Assembly: GCA_964520325.1 (NCBI GenBank)
Contig: CAZFOB010000003.1
Coordinates: 154,745-218,744, forward strand
DNA length: 64,000 bases
Source of the DNA: an uncultured Actinomycetes bacterium
GTDB lineage: Bacteria > Actinomycetota > JAICYB01
Direction of reading: 5' to 3'
Below are positions 1 to 8,472 of the stretch, piece after piece; within the stretch, counting starts at the first letter, position 1; the number at the start of each line of letters is the position of its first letter. A model generated the notes under the pieces. It made no database searches. It saw only the letters and a list, made by a program, of their open reading frames with translations, and was not told where the DNA came from. The translations under genes and the position numbers were made by a program.

Positions 1-477
1 GGACCGATGCCGCGTTGTCCGGACGACCCACGCGAGCTCTGGGCTGAATGGATCACGACGCCGTCGTTTCCGTGGGAGAGCGACGGCTCGCCGTGGTGGT
101 CACACCACTACCACGTCGAGTCGTTCTGGAAGAAGCGTCATCTGCGCAACGTCCTCCTCGTGCACTACGCGGACATGAAGGCCGATCTGGAAGGTGAGAT
201 GCGACGGATCGCCGATTTCCTCGGTGTCGAGATCGACGAGTCGATGTGGCCTGGGCTCGTCCACGGTGCGCAGTTCGAGACGATGAAGGCAGAGGCGAAG
301 GAGACCACCAGGATGGAGATGATCTTCGAGGGGGGCGCCGAGCGCTTCTTCTTCAAGGGAACCAACGGTCGCTGGCGGGACGTGCTCACGCCTGAGGACC
401 TCGCGCTTTACGAGAAAGCCGCGTCGAAGCTCGAACCCGAGTTGCGACGCTGGCTCGAGGGCGGCCGACTCCCGTAG
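1..477 (+). CDS. Sulfotransferase-family protein, C-terminal part (gene continues upstream of the window)
   Basis: Translation ends ...FFFKGTNGRWRDVLTPEDLALYEKAASKLEPELRRWLEGGRLP, resembling the conserved C-terminal RKG-x-GDWKN-type block of PAPS-dependent sulfotransferases. First in-frame Met at 7 but the frame is open to position 1. Confidence 0.55.
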   Translation, partial: GPMPRCPDDPRELWAEWITTPSFPWESDGSPWWSHHYHVESFWKKRHLRNVLLVHYADMKADLEGEMRRIADFLGVEIDESMWPGLVHGAQFETMKAEAKETTRMEMIFEGGAERFFFKGTNGRWRDVLTPEDLALYEKAASKLEPELRRWLEGGRLP

Positions 478-480
478 CCC

Positions 481-540
481 CGGTTAGTGCGCCGTGGTGC
501 CGGTTAGTACGCCGTGGTGCCCGTTAGTACGCCGTGGTGA
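481..540. repeat. Three tandem copies of a 20-bp unit GGTTAGT(R)CGCCGTGGTGCC in the convergent intergenic region
   Basis: Direct reading: ggttagtgcgccgtggtgcc / ggttagtacgccgtggtgcc / cgttagtacgccgtggtgaa. The last copy contains the TAA stop and final codons (TTAY*) of the minus-strand protease gene. Confidence 0.85.
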
Positions 541-1198
541 AGGTGTGCAGGTCGTGTGTGTGGAGCGAGCGCTGACGGGCCGTTCCGACGTAGTGCGTGG
601 CGCACATCGTCGCTTGGCCCGAGGTGTTCCCACAGATCAGGGAGCCGAGCCCGACACCGGGATCGTCGTAGTGGAGCGACCAGCCCGTGGCGTGTCCGAA
701 CTCGTGCGTCGCGATCGAGGTCAGATCCGGCCGTCCGGCAGGGACGGTCTTCGACGTCCCCGTGTACCAGTCCTCGGCCGAGTCGAAGAGCGTGACGAAG
801 CGGACCAGCATGCTGCCCGAGCGGCAGAGGAAGGTCGTTGCGAGGTTGTGACCCCTTCCGTCGAGCTTGCCTTTGTAGACCAGGTTCTTGCCCCGGTCCT
901 TCGCATCGCACGCGTTGCGTGACAGCGCGCTTGTGCCGATCCGGACGTAGTTAAGGGACGTTCCGGCGTTGTCCCACGCCTTGGCGCCTTCGAAGACGCG
1001 GCTCAGCCACACCCCGCTGATCGTCGAGTCGTTGTAGACGGCGACGTTGCCGCGACCGCTCGTTGCCCAAAGACCCGGGTAGAAGGGCGTCGCTTCGTGC
1101 GCCCACGCCGGGGTTGTCGCGAGGAGCGCGACGAGCACGCCGAGCATGCCGTAGAGGATGCCGTTGAGGGCTACGAGGCGATGTAGTGATCCGCGCAT
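524..1198 (-). CDS. Secreted metzincin-type zinc metalloprotease (snapalysin/matrixin-like)
   Basis: N-terminal signal peptide (…LVALLATTPAWA/HEA). Extended zinc-binding motif HEFGHATGWSLH (HExxHxxGxxH) followed by a candidate Met-turn (ATMCATHY). Confidence 0.6.
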   Translation of the reverse strand: MRGSLHRLVALNGILYGMLGVLVALLATTPAWAHEATPFYPGLWATSGRGNVAVYNDSTISGVWLSRVFEGAKAWDNAGTSLNYVRIGTSALSRNACDAKDRGKNLVYKGKLDGRGHNLATTFLCRSGSMLVRFVTLFDSAEDWYTGTSKTVPAGRPDLTSIATHEFGHATGWSLHYDDPGVGLGSLICGNTSGQATMCATHYVGTARQRSLHTHDLHTFTTAY

Positions 1199-1551
1199 GC
1201 CTCGATCCCTTCAACGAACGAGTCGTCGATGCGGACGACGCCGATGATGCGTCCCTTCGAGCGGACGACGAACGTCCCGTTCTCGGGGCTGATGTCCTCG
1301 TAGACGGTGAAGCGCTTCTCGACGACGTCATGCACGACGCTCGTGGTGCTCCTCCTCGATGACGCCTTCTCGGCCGACCGCATGAAGCTCTGTTCGACCC
1401 AGAGGTCGCCCGTGCACTCAAGACGCGTGACCGCGTTGCTCGACGACCCCGCGTTGACGCCGAGGAACACAACGCCCGCCCCGACCAGGAGCAGGGTGGC
1501 GACGAAGAGCGGGAGCCCTCGGCGCGAGCGGGTGCCAGATCCAGCGTCCAT
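1171..1551 (-). CDS. Hypothetical membrane-anchored protein, translationally coupled upstream of the metalloprotease
   Basis: 126 aa with one N-terminal TM helix (LPLFVATLLLVGAGVVFLGV) and a soluble domain. Its 3' end overlaps the protease start by 28 nt. No family recognised. Confidence 0.4.
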   Translation of the reverse strand: MDAGSGTRSRRGLPLFVATLLLVGAGVVFLGVNAGSSSNAVTRLECTGDLWVEQSFMRSAEKASSRRSTTSVVHDVVEKRFTVYEDISPENGTFVVRSKGRIIGVVRIDDSFVEGIEACADHYIAS

Positions 1552-1573
1552 ATAGACAGAGTCGGCCGCGCGG

Positions 1574-2545
1574 TTACCAGGCGTAGGCCTCCGGTGCCGC
1601 GCCGCCCGGCCCCGGGAAGATCTCGTCGAGCGTGGCGAGTGTCTCGTCGGAGAGCGTCACCTCGAGTGAGCGCATCGCACCGTCGAGTTGCTCGAGAGTG
1701 CGCGGTCCGATGATCGGAGCCGTGACCGCCGGACGCGAGTGCAGCCACGCGAGCGCGACGTCGGCCGGTTGCTCGCCGATGTCGGCGCACAGCTTCTCGT
1801 AGCGCTCGAGTTTGTCTCTCATGCGCTCGATGCGACGCGTCACCTGCTCGCTCGCGCGCCGTCCGGTCTTGGCGCCGGCGAGGGCGCCACCGAGGATGCC
1901 GCCGCCGAGCGGGCTCCACGGGATCAGGCCCAGTCCGTAGTGCTCGCAGGCCGGGACGACCTCGAGCTCGATCGTCCGCGCATCGAGGTGGTACAGGCTC
2001 TGCTCCGACACGAGCCCGACCGTGTTGCGACTCCTCGCGATCTCGCTGGCTTGGGCGATGTGCCATCCGGCGAAGTTGCTGCTGCCGATGTACGTGACCT
2101 TGCCTTGCGTGACGAGCGTCTCCATGGCTTGCCAGATCTCGTCCCACCGGGTGGTCCGGTCGACGTGATGCATCTGGTAGAGGTCGATGTGATCGGTCTG
2201 CATGCGGCGGAGACTCTCCTCGCACGCGCGCCGGATGTTCAGGGCGGACAGGCGCGAGTGGTTCGGCCACTCGGCCATCTGCCCGTAGACCTTCGTCGCG
2301 AGGACGACCTTGTCGCGCCGTCCGTCCCCCTGCGCGAACCACTTCCCGAGGATGTTCTCGGTCGTGCCGATGCCCTCGCTGCGGCCGTAGACGTTCGCGG
2401 TGTCGAAGAAGTTGATCCCGAGGTCGAGCGCTCGGTCCATGATCGAGAAGCTCGTGGCTTCGTCGGCCTGGGGGCCGAAGTTCATCGTGCCGAGGCAGAG
2501 CGGACTGACCTTTACGCCTGCGCGTCCGAGCTGGACGTAATCCAT
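1574..2545 (-). CDS. Aldo/keto reductase
   Basis: MDYVQLGRAGVKVSPLCLGTMNFG...INFFDTANVYGRSE... is typical AKR N-terminal and catalytic architecture. Full-length 323 aa. Confidence 0.85.
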   Translation of the reverse strand: MDYVQLGRAGVKVSPLCLGTMNFGPQADEATSFSIMDRALDLGINFFDTANVYGRSEGIGTTENILGKWFAQGDGRRDKVVLATKVYGQMAEWPNHSRLSALNIRRACEESLRRMQTDHIDLYQMHHVDRTTRWDEIWQAMETLVTQGKVTYIGSSNFAGWHIAQASEIARSRNTVGLVSEQSLYHLDARTIELEVVPACEHYGLGLIPWSPLGGGILGGALAGAKTGRRASEQVTRRIERMRDKLERYEKLCADIGEQPADVALAWLHSRPAVTAPIIGPRTLEQLDGAMRSLEVTLSDETLATLDEIFPGPGGAAPEAYAW

Positions 2546-2555
2546 GAAGACCTCC

Positions 2556-3770
2556 CTAGATGATCTGTTGCTCCTTGAGCCGTGCGAGTTCCGTCTCGTT
2601 TACACCGAGCAGTTCGGCGTAGACCTCGGCGTTGTGCTGACCGAGCATGGGGGCCGGACCGATCTCGAGGTCCGACGCGCTGAGGTGGATCGGATTGCCG
2701 GGGACGTCGTAGGTACCGGCCTCAGGATGCGTCATCGACACGACCATGTCTCGTCCACGCAAGTGCTCGCTCGCGAGGAGGTCACCGGTGTCGAAGACCG
2801 CGCTGCACGGCACGCCGTTGTCCTGCATGGCTGCCATGACGTCGTACTTGTCGCGTGAGACCGTCCACGCCGCGATCAGGTCGTGGACGTCGTCCCAGTT
2901 GCTCGCGCGCCAGCCCGCGCTCGCCCATTGCTCGTCACCGATGAGATCGGTGCGGTCGATGGTTTTCAGGATGCCGTCCCACATCGCGGTGTTTGTCGCG
3001 ACGATGTACGCGTAGTCGTTCGGTCCTTCGCCCGCGCATCTGTAGACGTCGGCCGTCATGTACTTGAGCGGCGCTCCGCGCCGCATGGTCGGGATGCCTC
3101 CGGTGAGGTAATGCGACAGCATCGCGACGCGCGTGAAGTTCATCACTGCTTCCTGCATCGAGAGCTCAACTCGCTGACCAACACCAGTGCGTTGCCGCTG
3201 CACGTACGCCGCGAGGATGCCGACGGCGAGATGGACGCCCGTACCGGTGTCGCCCAGCGTTACGCCGAGACGCATCGGAGCACCGTCGGCCTCGCCGTTC
3301 ACGCTCATCGCACCACCCGCTGCTTGCCCGATCATGTCGAAGCTGCGGTAACTCGCGTAGGGACCCGAGTCGCCGAACCCGCGGATGCTCGCGTAGATCA
3401 ATCCCGGATGCACAACCCTCAGCTCGTCGTAGCTGAGCCCGAGCCGCTCCATCGTTCCCAGTGCGAAGTTCTCGACGAGGACGTCGAACTGCGGCAGTAA
3501 CTTGAGGAAGAGTTCGCGTCCTTTGTCGCTCTTGAGATCGAGCGTGACGCTGCACTTGTTGAGGTTCAACAACAGGAAGTACATCGAGTCGGTCGCCGGG
3601 CCCATGCCCATCGTCCGCCCCTGGTCGCCGCGCTTGGGGTCCTCCACCTTGATGACATCGGCGCCGAGGAAGGCGAGGAGCTCGGTGCAGGCGGGGCCCG
3701 CCTCGAACTGGGAGAGGTCGAGGATCCTGATGTCCGCAAGTGCGCTATCGGTCAGATCGGCCACGCTCAC
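2556..3770 (-). CDS. CoA-transferase family III (CaiB/BaiF-type)
   Basis: N-terminus ...IRILDLSQFEAGPACTELLAFLGADVIKVEDP... and length (404 aa) match family III acyl-CoA transferases. Confidence 0.85.
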   Translation of the reverse strand: MSVADLTDSALADIRILDLSQFEAGPACTELLAFLGADVIKVEDPKRGDQGRTMGMGPATDSMYFLLLNLNKCSVTLDLKSDKGRELFLKLLPQFDVLVENFALGTMERLGLSYDELRVVHPGLIYASIRGFGDSGPYASYRSFDMIGQAAGGAMSVNGEADGAPMRLGVTLGDTGTGVHLAVGILAAYVQRQRTGVGQRVELSMQEAVMNFTRVAMLSHYLTGGIPTMRRGAPLKYMTADVYRCAGEGPNDYAYIVATNTAMWDGILKTIDRTDLIGDEQWASAGWRASNWDDVHDLIAAWTVSRDKYDVMAAMQDNGVPCSAVFDTGDLLASEHLRGRDMVVSMTHPEAGTYDVPGNPIHLSASDLEIGPAPMLGQHNAEVYAELLGVNETELARLKEQQII

Positions 3771-3787
3771 ATGGTGCCGGAAACCCC

Positions 3788-3868
3788 TTGACGGGGTAAC
3801 CTACGGTAGCGTAGGGTACGGAACCGTAGGCTACGCAACCGTAGGTTACGGCCCCGTACGTTACCCCC
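3788..3868. promoter_or_regulatory. Putative promoter/operator: TTGACG -35-like hexamer followed by 4-5 tandem 15-bp units GTAGGnTACGnnnCC, each an imperfect palindrome
   Basis: Direct reading of cccTTGACGgggtaaCCTACGGTAGC GTAGGGTACGGAACC GTAGGCTACGCAACC GTAGGTTACGGCCCC GTACGTTACCCCC. It lies between the CoA-transferase and the desaturase start (RBS AGGAGGAGG at 3893-3901). Confidence 0.5.
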
Positions 3869-3909
3869 AAGAACCCCCAGCCAAGAACCCCAGGAGGAGG
3901 TCCCACCAG

Positions 3910-4866
3910 ATGGCCATCCAGACCCGCGACGTCCCGCCGCCCTCAGAAGAGATCCGCGGTGTGTTCGAGCTCACGGCTGCTCAGCTGCGCGTCCAGCGCC
4001 GCGTCACTCTCGTGTTCACGCTCATCCCATTCATCGGTGCCGTGCTCGCCATCACCCGGCTGTGGGGGACAGCCATCAGCGTCCTCGACTTCACGCTGTT
4101 CCTGTCCTTCTATCTGGCCGCCGGCGTCGGCATCACTGTCGGCAACCACCGCCTGTTCACGCACCGCAGCTTCAAGGCCGTGCGTCCGGTGCGGATCTTG
4201 CTCGCGCTGTTCGGGTCGATCGCCGTGCAGGGGTCGACGATCCAGTGGTGTGCGACGCACCGTCGTCACCACGCCTATGCCGACCAGTACGGCGATCCGC
4301 ACTCGCCGCACCTCGCGCAGGCGGCTGGGATAAAAGGCGTGCTCCTCGGGCTGTGGCACGCGCACAGTGGCTGGCTTTTCGAGGGAAAGGCTTCGGACGA
4401 GCGGGAGTGGACGCCGGATCTCGTCGCCGACAAGGACATCTCGTGGATCAGCCGCAACTTCCTCGGACTGACGATCATCTCGTTCACGCTTCCGGCGCTG
4501 ATCGCCTTCGCGGTCACGCAGTCGTTCACCGCCGCAGTCACGGCGTTCCTGTGGGGATCGCTTGTCCGCATCTTCCTCCTGCACCACGTGACGTGGAGCA
4601 TCAACTCGATCTGCCACTTCTACGGCAAAGAGGCGTACCGCGCGAAGGATGAGAGCAAGAACGTGTGGGCGCTCTCGCCGGTGAGCTTCGGTGAGTCGTG
4701 GCACAACAACCACCACGCGTTCCAGTGGTCGGCGAAGCTGGGCTTGCGCGCATGGCAGGTCGACATGGGCTGGTACGTGATCAGCACGCTCAAGGCGCTG
4801 CGCCTCGTCCGTGACGTGAAGGTTCCAACGAAGGACCAGATGGCCAAGCGTAAGCTTCCTGCGTGA
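3910..4866 (+). CDS. Membrane fatty-acid (acyl-CoA/acyl-lipid) desaturase, DesA3-like
   Basis: Three histidine boxes HRLFTHRSF, HRRHHAY, HNNHHAF and multiple TM segments. Start chosen at ATG 3910 after a strong RBS. The longer six-frame ORF from 3502 overlaps the upstream gene and encodes the repeat array. Confidence 0.8.
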   Translation: MAIQTRDVPPPSEEIRGVFELTAAQLRVQRRVTLVFTLIPFIGAVLAITRLWGTAISVLDFTLFLSFYLAAGVGITVGNHRLFTHRSFKAVRPVRILLALFGSIAVQGSTIQWCATHRRHHAYADQYGDPHSPHLAQAAGIKGVLLGLWHAHSGWLFEGKASDEREWTPDLVADKDISWISRNFLGLTIISFTLPALIAFAVTQSFTAAVTAFLWGSLVRIFLLHHVTWSINSICHFYGKEAYRAKDESKNVWALSPVSFGESWHNNHHAFQWSAKLGLRAWQVDMGWYVISTLKALRLVRDVKVPTKDQMAKRKLPA

Positions 4867-5531
4867 CCTCGCAGAAGCCTCAGCTCGAATCGATCGACGG
4901 AGGTCGCGCCAAGGCCGCTCCGCGCAAGCGGATGTCGGGACCGGAACGCCGCGAACAGCTCATCGGTGTCGCGAAGGAGCTCTTCGCCGAACAAGGCTAC
5001 GAAGCAACCTCGGTTGAAGAGATCGCGGAGAAGGCGAAGGTCAGCAAACCCGTCGTCTACGAGCACTTCGGCGGGAAGGAAGGCATCTACGCCGTCATCG
5101 TCGACCGCGAGATCCGTTCGCTCGCCGACCGGATCAAAGCCGCACTTTCTCCAGGATCTCCCCGCCGCACGATCGTGCGCGCCGTCGATGCGTTCTTGCG
5201 CTACATCGAGGAGGAGCAGGCCGGGTTCAAGATCCTCACCCGTGACGCGCCGGTCGGAGCGAGCCGCGGCTCGTTCCCGAGCGTGCTCGACGAGATCGCA
5301 CAGGCTGTCGAAGAGCTGCTCTCAGGCGAGCTCGATGATCGCGGGTTCAGCCCCGATATCGCCCCGGTGCTCTCGCGGTGTCTCGTCGGCATGATCGCCA
5401 TGCCCGGGCAATGGTGGCTCGAGACCGGCAAACCCCGCCGGCGTGACGTCGCCGATCAGATCGTGAACATCGCGTGGAATGGTCTCGGCGGACTGCGCCA
5501 CCGACGCACGCCGCGCGGCGACCGCATCTAG
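4863..5531 (+). CDS. TetR-family transcriptional regulator
   Basis: N-terminal HTH RREQLIGVAKELFAEQGYEATSVEEIAEKAKVSKPVVYEHFGGKEGIY. GTG start overlaps the desaturase stop (GTGA). Confidence 0.85.
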   Translation: MTSQKPQLESIDGGRAKAAPRKRMSGPERREQLIGVAKELFAEQGYEATSVEEIAEKAKVSKPVVYEHFGGKEGIYAVIVDREIRSLADRIKAALSPGSPRRTIVRAVDAFLRYIEEEQAGFKILTRDAPVGASRGSFPSVLDEIAQAVEELLSGELDDRGFSPDIAPVLSRCLVGMIAMPGQWWLETGKPRRRDVADQIVNIAWNGLGGLRHRRTPRGDRI

Positions 5532-5583
5532 CGGTCACCGGATCCGTTTCACCAGATCTGCCTCGGGGAAGTTCTTCGTGACG

Positions 5584-6243
5584 ATGCGGGTTATCCGTCC
5601 CATGTCCGACGTGGTGCTTCCGGTCCTCGACGAGGCCGAAGCGCTCCCGTGGGTGCTCGGGCGCATCCCCGCCGGCTACCACGCGATCGTGGTCGACAAT
5701 GGTTCGACCGACGGCTCGCCGGATATCGCCGGGGAGCTCGGAGCGGAGGTGATCCACGAGCCGCGGCGCGGCTTCGGAGCTGCCTGCTACACCGGGCTCA
5801 TCGCGGCGAGCCACCCCGTGGTGTGCTTCATGGACGCCGACGGCTCTCTCGACCCGCTCGACCTGCCGTGCGTGGCCGACGACGTGATCGACGACTCGTT
5901 TGACCTCGTGCTCGGCGCCCGGATCGCGGATCCAGGTGCGTGGCCGCTGCACGCGAGAGTGGCCAATCGCTACCTCGCGAGGCAGATCGGCAAGCGAACA
6001 GGCATCCGATTGCGTGACATCGGTCCGATGCGGGCGACCCGTCGTCAGGAGTTGATCGACCTCGGTATCGCCGACCGGCGATTCGGCTGGCCGCTCGAGA
6101 TGGTCCTGCGCGCCGGCGCGGCCGGGTGGCGGATCGGGGAGGTTGCCGTCCCGTACCGGAAGCGGTCCGGACGTTCGAAGGTGACCGGAACCGCGCGCGG
6201 GACACTGCGAGCCGTCCGCGACATGGCACGCGTCCTGACCTGA
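5584..6243 (+). CDS. Family 2 glycosyltransferase (dolichyl-phosphate sugar synthase-like)
   Basis: ...VLPVLDEAEALPWVLGRIP...IVVDNGSTDGSPDIA...FMDADGSLDP... carries GT2 DxD/DAD signatures. Start approximate (5578-5602). Confidence 0.75.
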   Translation: MRVIRPMSDVVLPVLDEAEALPWVLGRIPAGYHAIVVDNGSTDGSPDIAGELGAEVIHEPRRGFGAACYTGLIAASHPVVCFMDADGSLDPLDLPCVADDVIDDSFDLVLGARIADPGAWPLHARVANRYLARQIGKRTGIRLRDIGPMRATRRQELIDLGIADRRFGWPLEMVLRAGAAGWRIGEVAVPYRKRSGRSKVTGTARGTLRAVRDMARVLT

Positions 6244-6884
6244 TGCGAGCGCCACGGATCATCGTGCTCGCGAAGGCACCCGTACCCGGCTTGGTCAAGA
6301 CGCGGCTGTGCCCGCCCTGCACAGAGCAGGAGGCGGCAGAGATCGCCGACGCCGCCTTGCGGGACACCTTGGACGCCGTCACGTCAGTGCCCGGATCATC
6401 TCCGACGCTCGTTCTCGACGGCGCCCCCGGCGATTGGGTCCCAAGTGGATGCCGTGTGGTCGCTCAGCGCGGCAGTAGCCACGCAGAGCGCATCGGCAAT
6501 GCGTTCCTGGACGTCGGCGGACCGAGCCTGTTGATCGGCATGGACACACCGCAAGTCACATCGAGGCTCCTGGCCGATTGCATCGACGCACTGATGAGTC
6601 CGCGCACCGACGCGGTGCTCGGAGCAGCCGACGATGGCGGGTGGTGGGCGTTAGGGCTGCGGCGCCCGATCCATGGTGCCTTCGACGGCGTGCCGATGAG
6701 CACGTCGGCGACGGGCGCGCATCAACGCCGCCGGCTGGACGAGCTCGGCTTGCGCACCACGAGTCTTGCGATGCTCCGCGACGTCGACACCGTGGAGGAC
6801 GCCATCGCCGTCGCAGACGCGGCGCCGCACACGCGTTTCGGCTCTGCCGTCAAGGCGCTGCTCTCTGTGAGGATCGACCCGTGA
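6243..6884 (+). CDS. DUF2064 / TIGR04282-like GT-A-fold protein
   Basis: MRAPRIIVLAKAPVPGLVKTRL... is the characteristic DUF2064 N-terminus. ATG overlaps the GT2 stop (TGATG). Confidence 0.6.
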   Translation: MRAPRIIVLAKAPVPGLVKTRLCPPCTEQEAAEIADAALRDTLDAVTSVPGSSPTLVLDGAPGDWVPSGCRVVAQRGSSHAERIGNAFLDVGGPSLLIGMDTPQVTSRLLADCIDALMSPRTDAVLGAADDGGWWALGLRRPIHGAFDGVPMSTSATGAHQRRRLDELGLRTTSLAMLRDVDTVEDAIAVADAAPHTRFGSAVKALLSVRIDP

Positions 6885-8035
6885 AGCTGCCCGACCCGCC
6901 GCCCGTCGGTCCATTCCGGCCCGGCGCGTTCTCCAATCCGCTCCACGACGCGCGGCTCGGTGCGTGGCTCGGGATCGCGCTCGGGATCAGCTTCACAACC
7001 TGTTTCGTCACCGGTGTGTTGTCCCATCTGATCCAGCAACCCCCGGGTTGGTTCGTGTGGCCATCGCGGCCGGCCGGGTTGTATCGCATCTCGCAGGGAT
7101 TGCACGTGGCCACGGGCATCGCGTCGATCCCGTTGCTCCTCGCGAAGCTCTGGGTGGTGTTCCCGCACTTCTGGACGTGGCCCCCCGTGCGCACGATCGC
7201 TCACGCGGTCGAACGCATCAGCCTCGTGCCTCTCATCGCCGGCGCGATCTTCCTGCTCTACTCCGGACTTGCGAACATCGGTCTGTGGTATCCGTGGCCG
7301 TTCTTCTTCCCGTCTGCGCACTACTGGGCTGCGTGGATCATGATCGGCGGGCTCGTCGTGCACATCGGAGCGAAGCTGCCGATCACGCGAGCGGCCACCA
7401 AGCGCGGAGCCGACTTGGCGCCTCGAGTGGCTGAGGGCGGACTCAGTAGGCGCCGATTCATCGGTACGGTCGCAGCCGGCGTAGGGGGCGCGACGCTTGC
7501 AACGCTCGGACAAACCGTTCGTCCACTCCGCAGGCTTGCGGTTCTCGCACCCCGCGACCCGGACGTCGGACCGCAAGGATTCCCGGTGAACAAGTCCGCA
7601 CGATCGGCAGCGGTTCTCGACTCGGCGCGCGACAAGGATTACCGCTTGCGCGTCGCCGGGGCAGTCCGTGAGCCGCTCGAGCTCACACTCGACGATCTTC
7701 GCGCGATGCCATCGCGCGAAGCGACACTGCCCATCTCCTGCGTCGAAGGCTGGAGCGCGGATGCGAGGTGGCGGGGTGTTCCGGTCCGTGATCTGCTCGC
7801 GCGAGCCGGTGCGAAGCGGGGAGCAACCGTTCGCGTGGAATCGCTTCAGGAAGCCGGACTGTACAAGGCCTCCGATCTCAACACGAGCCATGCCGGCGAT
7901 CGGGACACGCTTCTCGCGTATGAGGTCAACGGTGAGGAGCTGCACATCGACCACGGATATCCAGTGCGGCTCATCGGACCGAACCGTCCGGGGGTGATGC
8001 AGACCAAATGGGTGTCGAAGCTGATCGTCGGCTGA
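6881..8035 (+). CDS. Molybdopterin-dependent oxidoreductase (sulfite-oxidase/MsrP-like fold) with N-terminal multi-TM domain
   Basis: Several TM helices, then ...LTLDDLRAMPSREATLPISCVEGWSADARWRGVPVRDLL...LLAYEVNGEELHIDHGYPVRLIGPNRPGVMQTKWVSKLIV, the Mo-pterin oxidoreductase core. GTG start overlaps the upstream stop. Confidence 0.7.
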   Translation: MKLPDPPPVGPFRPGAFSNPLHDARLGAWLGIALGISFTTCFVTGVLSHLIQQPPGWFVWPSRPAGLYRISQGLHVATGIASIPLLLAKLWVVFPHFWTWPPVRTIAHAVERISLVPLIAGAIFLLYSGLANIGLWYPWPFFFPSAHYWAAWIMIGGLVVHIGAKLPITRAATKRGADLAPRVAEGGLSRRRFIGTVAAGVGGATLATLGQTVRPLRRLAVLAPRDPDVGPQGFPVNKSARSAAVLDSARDKDYRLRVAGAVREPLELTLDDLRAMPSREATLPISCVEGWSADARWRGVPVRDLLARAGAKRGATVRVESLQEAGLYKASDLNTSHAGDRDTLLAYEVNGEELHIDHGYPVRLIGPNRPGVMQTKWVSKLIVG

Positions 8036-8472
8036 ACGAGGCCATCGAAGCTGTGCCGGGCGGCCCTGTGTTCTGGGGCGGCGTGCTCGTGGGATGGGCC
8101 GTGATCGGGTTCGGGATCTTCGGTGCGATCACGATCGGGCGGCGCATCAACTATTCGTTCGCGATCTGGTTCCTCGGCGGTTTGCTCGTCCACGATTTCC
8201 TCGTGGCGCCCATCGTCTTCACCGTCGGGAAGGCGCTGCGACGCGTCGTTGCGGGACGGTACCGGGCGGCGATCACCGCGGCGCTCGTCGTCTCGGCCTT
8301 CTTCGTCGTGGTTTCGATCCCGTTCCTGGGCCGATTCGGGATGCGCGCCGATAACGCAACGGTGCTTCCACGCAACTACACCACCGGGCTCCTCGTCATG
8401 CTGGCCATCGTGTGGACCTTCACGGCGGCAACGATCGTGTGGACGAGGTGGGCGTGGCGACGCGAACGCTGA
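8008..8472 (+). CDS. Small integral membrane protein (4 predicted TM)
   Basis: Hydrophobic 154-aa ORF with good codon usage. Overlaps the neighbouring genes at both ends. No family recognised. Confidence 0.45.
   Translation: MGVEADRRLNEAIEAVPGGPVFWGGVLVGWAVIGFGIFGAITIGRRINYSFAIWFLGGLLVHDFLVAPIVFTVGKALRRVVAGRYRAAITAALVVSAFFVVVSIPFLGRFGMRADNATVLPRNYTTGLLVMLAIVWTFTAATIVWTRWAWRRER

Noticed and set aside
951-2342. 463-aa Arg/Ala-rich ORF antisense to the aldo-keto reductase, and many similar long ORFs (for example 6722-7954, 8123-9580, 16323-17189, 20988-22172, 37292-38227, 45504-48032)
   Set aside because: They are low-complexity, extremely Arg/Pro/Ala-rich translations on the strand opposite to well-supported genes. 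They are typical shadow ORFs of about 70% GC DNA with no recognisable motifs.
3502-3909. Upstream extension of the desaturase ORF (start at 3502)
   Set aside because: It overlaps the CoA-transferase gene by about 270 nt and translates the regulatory repeat array. A strong RBS precedes ATG 3910, where the conserved desaturase sequence begins.
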